Of a stretch of DNA of 50,844 nucleotides, positions 18,849-27,017 are shown in pieces. How positions within the stretch are numbered: the first letter of the stretch is position 1; every line of letters begins with the position of its first letter. The stretch comes from Candidatus Acidiferrales bacterium (GTDB taxonomy: Bacteria; Acidobacteriota; Terriglobia; Acidiferrales; UBA7541). The notes under the pieces were generated by a model, which saw nothing but the letters and a program-made list of their open reading frames with translations, made no database searches and was not told the DNA's origin. A program made the position numbers and the translations under genes. The stretch is from the NCBI GenBank assembly GCA_030037225.1, contig JASHRU010000403.1, forward strand, positions 1 to 50,844, read 5' to 3'.

Positions 18849-20050
18849 AGGTCTTGATCAACGCGGTCTCCGCGAAACTGGGTGGCGCCGCCACCTACCT
18901 CCGCAACCTCGTCCGTTCGCTCGATTCGCTCGCCGCGCCCGAGGATCACTTTGTAGTCGTCGTTCCCCCGGAGCGCGCTCGCGACATTGCTGCCGAGGGA
19001 GAACATGTGCGTATCCTCGAAAGCCGCGCGGCTTCCGGCTCCTACGCGCGCCGCTGGTGGTGGGATCAGATCAGCCTGCGCAGGCTCGTCGCGCAAGAGC
19101 GCCCCGATGTGCTGTTCAGCTCCGCAAACTTCGGCATGATTGCCTGTCCTTGCCCGCAAGCCCTGCTGGTTCGTATCCCCATCTACTTCTCACGGGAATA
19201 TTGCGAACATGTGCTGCCAGGCAAAACCGCCGCGTTTCGCGCGGAGACGGCACTCCGCCGCTGGTTCGTGTGCCGCTCCGCCCGTCACGCCGACTGCGTG
19301 GTCACGCCATCGGAAGCCATGCTCGCTGACCTGCAACGCTATGCCCGCATCCCCGAGACTAAGACCCGCGTGATTCCCTACGGTGTGCCGCGGGCAAGGC
19401 TCTCAGCTGGCGCGCTTTCGCAGCCGCCGTCCGCGCAGCCGGACCGCCCCGTTCGCGTTCTCTGGGTTTCGCACTATGCCGATCACAAAGATCTCGCCAC
19501 CCTTCTCCGCGCCGCCTCTTCGCTTCGCCAACGTGGGCGAGCGCGCGTTGATCTGTTCCTGACGCTCGAGCCTCTCCGCGACGGCGCGCAGCGAGGCCAG
19601 CACACCGAGATGCCATGGGCCGAGCAGCAGCTTCTCGCGGGCCTCGGCGACTCGGTGCGCTACTTGGGCGTTCTGCCTTACGAGCAGATCTGGGAGACCT
19701 ATCGCTACGCCGATGTGTTCGTCTTCCCGTCCCTCTGCGAGTCGTTCGGCCATCCGCTCGTGGAAGCGATGGCGGCCCGCCTGCCGGTTATCGCTTCGGA
19801 TATCCCTATTCACCGCGAGATTTGCGACGACGCGGCGCAGTATTTTCCTCCTCGCGATGCGGCGGCTCTCGCTGCCGCCTTAGAGCGCTTCGCGGGGGAC
19901 GCGATCCTGCGCGCCGAGATGGCACGGCGTGGAGCCGCCAGGGTGCGTAATTTTGTCTGGGAAGATCATGTGCTGCGGCTGCTAGCGCTCCTTCGTGAGC
20001 TCTCCGCGCAGCGCGCGGCTCGCGTGGCGGTTGCGGCGCACGTGGCCTGA
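18845..20050 (+). CDS. Glycosyltransferase family 4 (GT-B)
   Basis: The in-frame ATG at 18845 gives an ATGA overlap with the asnB-1 stop and yields MKVLINAVSAKLGGAATYLRNL. C-terminal VFPSLCESFGHPLVEAMAARLPVIAS. The ORF-track start at 18656 is an upstream extension inside asnB-1. Confidence 0.85.
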   Translation: MKVLINAVSAKLGGAATYLRNLVRSLDSLAAPEDHFVVVVPPERARDIAAEGEHVRILESRAASGSYARRWWWDQISLRRLVAQERPDVLFSSANFGMIACPCPQALLVRIPIYFSREYCEHVLPGKTAAFRAETALRRWFVCRSARHADCVVTPSEAMLADLQRYARIPETKTRVIPYGVPRARLSAGALSQPPSAQPDRPVRVLWVSHYADHKDLATLLRAASSLRQRGRARVDLFLTLEPLRDGAQRGQHTEMPWAEQQLLAGLGDSVRYLGVLPYEQIWETYRYADVFVFPSLCESFGHPLVEAMAARLPVIASDIPIHREICDDAAQYFPPRDAAALAAALERFAGDAILRAEMARRGAARVRNFVWEDHVLRLLALLRELSAQRAARVAVAAHVA

Positions 20051-20094
20051 TTCCTGATTAGCGTTCGATTGCGCAAGATCCACTCCACACAACA

Positions 20095-22020
20095 ATGTGC
20101 GGCATAACAGGCGGAGTACCTGGAATCGATCCCCGGGTGCTCGAACGCATGACAGCGGCACTGGCTCACCGTGGCCCCGATGGCGAAGGTTACTTCCACG
20201 CCGCCGGGCCTGTGGGTGCCAGCCTCGGTCATCGCCGTCTCGCCATTATCGATCTTGCTGGAGGCCGTCAGCCGATGACCAGCGCGGATGGCCGCTGGAC
20301 GATCGTTTTCAACGGCGAAATTTACAATTTCCAGGAGCTGCGCCGCGAGCTCGAATCCCTCGGAACAGTCTTCCGCACCGAGTCCGATACGGAGGTATTG
20401 CTCGAGGTCTGGGCTCGCTGGGGCGTGGACGCACTTGTACACCTGCGCGGAATGTTCGCCTTTGCCATTTGGGACGCACGCGAGCACGCTCTATGGCTTG
20501 TACGTGACCGCCTCGGCGTCAAACCCCTCTATTACTCTACTGTCGGCAGCCGCCTCCTGTTCGGTTCCGAGATCAAGGCCCTCCTCGCGCACCCGGCCAT
20601 CTCGCGGCGCCTTCGGCCCTCCGCGCTCGATGACTATCTCGCCTATCTCTACGTCCCCGCCCCGCAAACCATTTTCGAAGATGTGGAGGAACTCCCGCCT
20701 GCGCACTGGCTCCGCTATTCGAACGGCACCGCGCAGCTCTGTCGCTACTGGCAGCCCCGCCCGCTCCCTGCCGGAGAGACCACCGGGGCGAGCGCCGAAA
20801 GTCTGCTCGCGCTGCTCGACGAATCCGTGCGGCTACGCTTGGTGAGCGATGTTCCGCTCGGTGCTTTTTTGAGCGGGGGCCTTGATTCCAGCAGCATCGT
20901 TGCCCTCGCCGCGCGTGCCCAGCCTGAACCCATGCGCACGTTTAGCCTCGGATTTGGAGTGGGCGAGGAGCATTACACCGAGCTCGAATTTGCGCGGCTC
21001 GTTTCTGATCGCTACGCCACTCAGCATCGTGAACTGACCATTCGCCCGGATTGTGCAGAGCTTCTGCCACGCATGGTTTCCCTCTTCGACGAGCCCTTCG
21101 GCAACCCCACCGCGCTCCTCGTCCACGCGCTCTCGGAAGTTACGCGGCGCCACGTGACCGTCGCGCTCGCTGGCGACGCCGGCGACGAGCTCTTTCTCGG
21201 TTATCCCCGTTATCTCGGCTCGCGCCTCCGCCGCGCATGGGGTGTGGTCCCTTCGCCACTGCGTCGTGCTGCCGCCGCGCTCGCCGAGCGCATTCCGGAA
21301 GATACCAACGGCCGCCACGCCCGCCGCCGCTCCCGCGAATTTTTCGCCGGTGGCGTCGGCTCCTGGCAAAGCGCCTATATCACCTGGGTCTGCTATTTCA
21401 GCCCTGCAATGCGTGCCGACCTCTATTCGTCGGAGTTTCGCGGGGCGATTGGCGGCCACTCCGCCGAACAATTTCTCGAACGCCGATTCGCGGAGGTCGC
21501 TGGCTGCGATCCTCTGCATCAGGCCTGTTACGTCGATTTGCACTCATTTCTTCCCCACAACATTTTGAAGTATGGAGACCGCATGAGCATGGCTCATGCT
21601 CTCGAGCTCCGCCTGCCCTTCACGGATCATCGCCTGGTGGAATTCGCGCTCCGCCTGCCCGCCCGCCAGAAGCTGCGCGGCAGGCAGACCAAACGCCTGC
21701 TCCGCTCCGCGATGCAGCCTCTGCTCCCCGAAGAAACACTCCGCCGCTCCAAGCTGGGCCTCAACCCCCCGCTCGGACGCTGGCTGCGCAACGAGCTCAG
21801 ACCGCTCGTTGATCTCTATCTTTCTCCCGCGACGATTCGTCAACGGGGTTGGTTCCGTCCGGAGGCGGTCGCGAAACTGCGCGAGGAATTTACGACTGGT
21901 CGCAGGGATTACGCCCTGCACCTCTGGGGCCTGCTGGTGCTGGAGGAATGGGCCCGGCAGTATTTGGACGCCGCGCGTCCTGCGGATCGGGTCCCGCAGC
22001 GTGCGGAGGCGGTCGCATGA
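20095..22020 (+). CDS. asnB: Asparagine synthase (glutamine-hydrolysing) family amidotransferase, copy 2
   Basis: N-terminal MCGI, FNGEIYNF, and the PP-loop LSGGLDSSSIV. 641 aa. Confidence 0.9.
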   Translation: MCGITGGVPGIDPRVLERMTAALAHRGPDGEGYFHAAGPVGASLGHRRLAIIDLAGGRQPMTSADGRWTIVFNGEIYNFQELRRELESLGTVFRTESDTEVLLEVWARWGVDALVHLRGMFAFAIWDAREHALWLVRDRLGVKPLYYSTVGSRLLFGSEIKALLAHPAISRRLRPSALDDYLAYLYVPAPQTIFEDVEELPPAHWLRYSNGTAQLCRYWQPRPLPAGETTGASAESLLALLDESVRLRLVSDVPLGAFLSGGLDSSSIVALAARAQPEPMRTFSLGFGVGEEHYTELEFARLVSDRYATQHRELTIRPDCAELLPRMVSLFDEPFGNPTALLVHALSEVTRRHVTVALAGDAGDELFLGYPRYLGSRLRRAWGVVPSPLRRAAAALAERIPEDTNGRHARRRSREFFAGGVGSWQSAYITWVCYFSPAMRADLYSSEFRGAIGGHSAEQFLERRFAEVAGCDPLHQACYVDLHSFLPHNILKYGDRMSMAHALELRLPFTDHRLVEFALRLPARQKLRGRQTKRLLRSAMQPLLPEETLRRSKLGLNPPLGRWLRNELRPLVDLYLSPATIRQRGWFRPEAVAKLREEFTTGRRDYALHLWGLLVLEEWARQYLDAARPADRVPQRAEAVA

Positions 22021-23315
22021 GAATCCTGTACGTCTCCCACTATTTCCCGCCGGAGATGGGAGCTCCCGCAGGCCGCGTCGCCGGTCTGGGACGCCTTTGG
22101 GCCGCCGCCGGTCATGAGGTTCACGTCCTCACTGGCTTCCCCCATCATCCCACCGGCCGCATCCACCCCGATTACCGCCGCGCTTTCCGCCGCGGCTTCC
22201 TGCGCGAACATTTGGACGGGGTCCATGTCCATCGCACCTGGATTTTCCCAGCCGCCAATCGCGGAAAAATTCGCCGTTCGCTCAACTATTCGTCTTTTAT
22301 GGCCTCCGCCCTTCTCACCGGCGCACTTCGCCTGCCTCGGCCCGACGTCATCGTTGCTACCTCGCCACAACTGCTCTGCGCCGCCGCAGGTCAACTGCTC
22401 GCACGATGGCACCGCGTACCGCTCGTCCTGGAGGTGCGCGACCTCTGGCCCGAGTCACTAATTGCAGTGGGCGCTTCCGGCAAACGGTCTCTGCTCGTGG
22501 GCGCCCTGGAACGGATTGCAAGAGGTTTGTATGCGCGCGCTGCGCATATTGTCACCGTTACGGAATCGCAGCGGGACGTAATCGTGCGCATGGGCGTTCC
22601 GGCGGAGCGCGTTACCGTGGTGCCGAACGGCGTGGACCGCGCCTTCCTCGATGCAGGCGTGCCCGTACCGGATTCCGCGCGCGCAGGTGGCGGCCAGCCC
22701 TTCGAGGTCACGTACATCGGCACCATCGGTATGGCCCATCACCTGGAAACCCTTTTGGAAGCAGCCGCCCTCCTCCGCGATGATCCCCGGTTCCATTTCC
22801 GCTTGGTGGGCGAAGGCGCCTGCCGCAAGGCGCTTGAATCCCAGGCCCGTGCACAGGGCCTCGTCAACGTGGAATTTAGCGGCGAACGGCCCCGCGACGA
22901 GGTGCCCCGCTGGATCGCCGAATCTTCCGCCTGTGCCGTTCTACTGCGCCGCAACGACACCTTCCGCACCGTGGTTCCCTCGAAACTCCTCGAGATCATG
23001 GCCGTCGGTCGTCCTGTGATCCTCGGGGTCGAAGGTGAAGCGTGTGCCCTATTAGAGCGTGCCTCCGCCGGCATCCCCATCGAGCCGGAAAGTGCCTCTC
23101 AGCTCGCCGCTGCGATTCGCCTGCTTGCCTCCGACGCCGCCCTCTGCCGTCGGTTTGCAGGCAGCGGTCGCCAATTCGTCGAGCGTGAATTTCTGCGCGA
23201 AAACCTCGCGAAGCGTTATTCCGAACTGCTCGCTCGCGTTGCGCCTGCTTCTCCCGCATCGGTTTCAACCCGGCAGCATTCCAGTCCACTTCCGTCTGTC
23301 GAGGAGCCCGGATGA
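22017..23315 (+). CDS. Glycosyltransferase family 4, WbuB/WcaI-like
   Basis: The in-frame ATG at 22017 gives an ATGA overlap with the asnB-2 stop and yields MRILYVSHYFPPEMGAPAGRVAGL. It also has PLVLEVRDLWPESL and VVPSKLLEIMAVGRPVI. Confidence 0.85.
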   Translation: MRILYVSHYFPPEMGAPAGRVAGLGRLWAAAGHEVHVLTGFPHHPTGRIHPDYRRAFRRGFLREHLDGVHVHRTWIFPAANRGKIRRSLNYSSFMASALLTGALRLPRPDVIVATSPQLLCAAAGQLLARWHRVPLVLEVRDLWPESLIAVGASGKRSLLVGALERIARGLYARAAHIVTVTESQRDVIVRMGVPAERVTVVPNGVDRAFLDAGVPVPDSARAGGGQPFEVTYIGTIGMAHHLETLLEAAALLRDDPRFHFRLVGEGACRKALESQARAQGLVNVEFSGERPRDEVPRWIAESSACAVLLRRNDTFRTVVPSKLLEIMAVGRPVILGVEGEACALLERASAGIPIEPESASQLAAAIRLLASDAALCRRFAGSGRQFVEREFLRENLAKRYSELLARVAPASPASVSTRQHSSPLPSVEEPG

Positions 23316-24874
23316 GAACGTACATATTCATTCTTCTCACTGCCAGCGCCCTGTCCTACCTGATTACATTTTGGGTAGCGCGCTCGGCCGCCGCGCATGG
23401 CTGGGCCAAGCGCGAAGGCGACAGCGCCTCCGGTCAGGGAATCCCCCGGCTCGGCGGCCTCGCCGTCTTCGCCGCGATTATGCTTTCGCTCGCTGCCACA
23501 GTTTTGCTTCGCAATATGGTTACCGATTTCCTTCTAGCCGTCGGCACGCCAGGCATCGCGCTCGCTTTCGCCTGTTTCTCCGTCTTTCTCATCGGCTTGT
23601 ATGACGACCTGAAAGGCGCGCGCCCCTGGCAGAAACTAGCCGTCCAGATCGTTGCGGCACTCGCTCTCTACGCCTTCGGTTTCCGCATCGACCTGCTGTC
23701 GAACCCCTTCACCCACACTCCCCTTGCTCTTGGCTGGTTCGGGTTGCCGCTCACCGTTCTTTGGCTCGCGGCAATCTCGAACGCTTTTAATCTGATCGAT
23801 GGACTCGATGGCCTGGCCGCCGGTGTCGGAATGTTCGCCGCCGTTTCCCTGTTCCTGCTGGCTGCTCTCGGCGTCAACGTCTTCGTCGCTGCGGTGGCTG
23901 CGGCCGTCGCTGGTGCCCTGCTCGGCTTTCTTCCCCACAACTTTCATCCTGCGAAGATCTATCTGGGTGACTCCGGTAGCCTCACTGTCGGCCTGGCGCT
24001 TGGCGCGCTTTCCATCGTCAGCGAGCAAAAAGGGCCCGTTATGGTGACCATGGCCATCCCGGTCTTGATTTTTGGTCTGCCCCTCCTCGAAGTCGCCGTC
24101 ACTACTATGCGGCGTTTGCTCAGCGGACGTCCTCTGTTCGGCCGCGACGAAGACCACTTGCATCATCGCCTCCTGAAGGTCGGCGTCGCCAAGCGGCTGG
24201 CGGTTTTTGTCCTTTACGGTCTCGCTGCCCTGTTCGCTTTGAGTTCCATTCTGCTCGTCAATTACTCCGGCTCGGTGGCTCCCCTCATCGCCGTTGTTTG
24301 CGGTGCGCTCGCTTGGATCGTCGTTGCGCAAATGCATTATCCGGAATTCACCGAGCTCGACGCCCACATCCGCCTTTCCCTCTCCAGCCAGCCCGCTGTG
24401 CTGCGCAACCAGATCGCAATTCGCAAGGCGGTTGTAGAAATGCAGAATGCCGCTTCGGCACAAGAAGTTTGGGCCTGCCTCTCGGGCCTGCTCGAGCTCC
24501 TCGGTTTTGCACAGGCGCGCTGCGAAGTCCGCGTCGCGAACGGAGAACTCATGTGCGAATTTGAATGGAGGCGCGAGGATTATCCGCCTGCCGTTGGCAG
24601 CGGCCCTCGCAACGCCGGATCTGGGAGGGATTCCATGTGGGCCCTCGAAATTCCGCTCGCCGGCTCTTTCGGCTCCGCCGGCCTTGTGCGCGTCGGTCAC
24701 GCCTTTGACCGCCGCGCGCCGCTGTTCCGCATGCAGTCTCTGGTCGAGCTGATTTCCGCAACCTTTGGGCCGGCGCTGATGGCGCAGTTGAACGAACCTC
24801 GCTCTGTCGTTCCGGTCGTCGCTCCCGTGCCGCTCGCCGCGTCGCTGAAGGCCGCCGCGGGCGCTCGCCGCTGA
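23312..24874 (+). CDS. Polyprenyl-phosphate N-acetylhexosamine-1-phosphate transferase (WecA/MraY family) with ~180 aa C-terminal cytoplasmic extension
   Basis: Motifs NAFNLIDGLDGLAAG and YLGDSGSL, with about 10-11 TM segments up to residue ~340. A non-membrane tail follows (HYPEFTELDAHIRLS...). ATGA overlap with the upstream stop. Confidence 0.85.
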   Translation: MRTYIFILLTASALSYLITFWVARSAAAHGWAKREGDSASGQGIPRLGGLAVFAAIMLSLAATVLLRNMVTDFLLAVGTPGIALAFACFSVFLIGLYDDLKGARPWQKLAVQIVAALALYAFGFRIDLLSNPFTHTPLALGWFGLPLTVLWLAAISNAFNLIDGLDGLAAGVGMFAAVSLFLLAALGVNVFVAAVAAAVAGALLGFLPHNFHPAKIYLGDSGSLTVGLALGALSIVSEQKGPVMVTMAIPVLIFGLPLLEVAVTTMRRLLSGRPLFGRDEDHLHHRLLKVGVAKRLAVFVLYGLAALFALSSILLVNYSGSVAPLIAVVCGALAWIVVAQMHYPEFTELDAHIRLSLSSQPAVLRNQIAIRKAVVEMQNAASAQEVWACLSGLLELLGFAQARCEVRVANGELMCEFEWRREDYPPAVGSGPRNAGSGRDSMWALEIPLAGSFGSAGLVRVGHAFDRRAPLFRMQSLVELISATFGPALMAQLNEPRSVVPVVAPVPLAASLKAAAGARR

Positions 24875-24920
24875 CCATTCACTTTTTTCTCAGTCCTGCA
24901 CATATGGTCGCTGGGATCAG

Positions 24921-27017
24921 ATGAGCCAGCTCCTTGCCTACCTCGCTGCTCAGGCGCGCAGCCAGCCTGGGCCCACTCTCCGTTTTGTAGCTGGCGAATT
25001 GTGGCGCCGTGGACGGGCGCGTATGCGCCTCGCGCTAGAGGATGGCCTTGCCCTCCTCGACACCGGGCAATTTCGCTCCTCCGCCTCTCTGTTCGTTCCC
25101 GCCGCAGCCCTCGATTCCGCCTCCCTTTCGGGCGTGCTATGGGCGACGGATACCATCGCGCGCGCCGAGCGTATCTCCCGCGGTGAATTCCAAGTCTTCG
25201 GCGAATGGGACGCTCTAGGTTCCCAGCCACACTGGCACCGCGATTGGCTTTCGGGCTATTGCTGGCCGCTCGAGCCGGCCGGCCGTTTGCGCGTGTTGGA
25301 TGCTCCCCCGGGTTCCGAAGTCAAACGTCCGTGGGAACTGGCGCGCTTCCACCACGGTCTGACCCTTGCCGCTGCCGCCGCGTGTACCGGCGATCCTCGA
25401 TTCACGCAATCCTTCGCGGCACTGGTGCGGCATTGGATCGCCCGGAACCCCTGGCCTCGCGGTATCCACTGGGCCATGCCCATGGAGATCGCGCTCCGCG
25501 CCATCAATTGGATCCAGGCTGTCGCTATTGCCGCCGCCGCTGGCCAATTGGACGAGTCTTTCGCCCGCGACCTCTCGCGCAGCCTCTTTCTTCACGGCCG
25601 TCATCTGTGGGTCTATCGCGAGTGGAACCCCGTCGCCCGCGCCAACCACTACCTCGCCTGTGTCGTGGGTCTGCTTTGGCTCGGCGCGCTCTTTGAATGT
25701 ACGCCCGAAGGCCGTGAGTGGTTCGAGTTCGCTCGCGGCGAGCTCCTCCGCGAGATCAGTTCTCAGACCGGATCTGACGGCGTTGTGCGCGAAGGCTCCT
25801 CGGCCTATCACGCCTTTGTCACCGAGCTGTTCCTTACTTCCGCACTCGTCTTGGTGCGCCATGCTGCCCGTGCCCAGGGCCAGATCCCGCCTACCAACGG
25901 AAATTTGGCCGCCGCCATTGCTCGCGCCACTTCCCCCGCCTTTGCTGCTCGTCTCCCCCTCATTTTCGAGTTTCTATCTGCGCTCTGCGCCGGCCGCGCG
26001 GCGCAAAGCGATCCTCCCATCTGGGGCGACACGGATGACGGTCGTGTGCTTCCGTTCGGAGGCTTCTCCATTCCGCCCGTTCGCATACTCGCCTCCGTCG
26101 GCGATGCATACGCCGGCCGGCTCTTATCGTCGGGATCCGCCGCGCTCGACGCGGAGATCTTCTGGCGATTCGGCCCTCCCTCCGAGCCGGTTGCGCTCCC
26201 CTGCCTCGCGCCCGCTCACCGTTCCCAGGCCTTCAAAGATTCTGGTTTCTACTTCTTCTCCTCATCCCATGTCCGGGGCAGCCTCCGCTGCGGACCGCTC
26301 GGCGTCGGCGGTTGGGCCAACCATGCCCACAACGACCAGCTCAGCCTTGAATTTTCTCTTGATGGAATACCTGTCGTCGTCGACCCGGGCCTGCCCTGTT
26401 ACTCCGGCGATCCTCCGACCCGGAATCTGTTCCGCTCCACCCGGTATCACAACACGGTCGAGATCGCCGGCGCAGAGCAGAACCGCTTCTGGCCCGCGCT
26501 CTTATTCCGCATCGTGGACGACACCCGCAGCCGCACCCACCAGTGGCGCGCGGATTCCTCTGGCACATTGTTCGTCGGCTCACACTCCGGCTACATGCGC
26601 TTGCCCGAACGCGCCATCGTTCGCCGCGAACTCCGCCTTGCTCCGGACGATACTCTCGTGGTGCACGACGTTGTCGAGCTCGCTGCACCTGCTCCGATCG
26701 CGTGGTACTTTCATCTCGCGCCCGGCATCGTGCCGGAAACCATGCAGTCCACACCCGCCGCACCGCCCGCACCTGGCCTAGCGCCTCATTCCCGTTGGCG
26801 CCTGGGACCTGTCTTCCTTACCGTCTGGACGGCATTTGCTCCTCGCGAGCTCGAATCATCCTCCGCGAGCGGATGGGTCGGCCCGCGCTTCGGCCGCAAA
26901 TTGCCGGCGCCCATTCTCGAGTTTCGTGCGTGTCTTGTCGGCCGCCCGGAGATTGAATTCATTTTTACTCCGGCGGAGCCGCAGGCCGGCGAAACAGCTG
27001 CGGGGGGCCATGCCTAG
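24921..27017 (+). CDS. Heparinase II/III-like (alginate-lyase superfamily) protein
   Basis: 698 aa. WHRDWLSGYCWP and RPWELARFHH resemble the N-terminal toroid region. WANHAHNDQLSLEFSLDG resembles the heparinase II/III C-terminal signature. No obvious signal peptide. Confidence 0.75.
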   Translation: MSQLLAYLAAQARSQPGPTLRFVAGELWRRGRARMRLALEDGLALLDTGQFRSSASLFVPAAALDSASLSGVLWATDTIARAERISRGEFQVFGEWDALGSQPHWHRDWLSGYCWPLEPAGRLRVLDAPPGSEVKRPWELARFHHGLTLAAAAACTGDPRFTQSFAALVRHWIARNPWPRGIHWAMPMEIALRAINWIQAVAIAAAAGQLDESFARDLSRSLFLHGRHLWVYREWNPVARANHYLACVVGLLWLGALFECTPEGREWFEFARGELLREISSQTGSDGVVREGSSAYHAFVTELFLTSALVLVRHAARAQGQIPPTNGNLAAAIARATSPAFAARLPLIFEFLSALCAGRAAQSDPPIWGDTDDGRVLPFGGFSIPPVRILASVGDAYAGRLLSSGSAALDAEIFWRFGPPSEPVALPCLAPAHRSQAFKDSGFYFFSSSHVRGSLRCGPLGVGGWANHAHNDQLSLEFSLDGIPVVVDPGLPCYSGDPPTRNLFRSTRYHNTVEIAGAEQNRFWPALLFRIVDDTRSRTHQWRADSSGTLFVGSHSGYMRLPERAIVRRELRLAPDDTLVVHDVVELAAPAPIAWYFHLAPGIVPETMQSTPAAPPAPGLAPHSRWRLGPVFLTVWTAFAPRELESSSASGWVGPRFGRKLPAPILEFRACLVGRPEIEFIFTPAEPQAGETAAGGHA

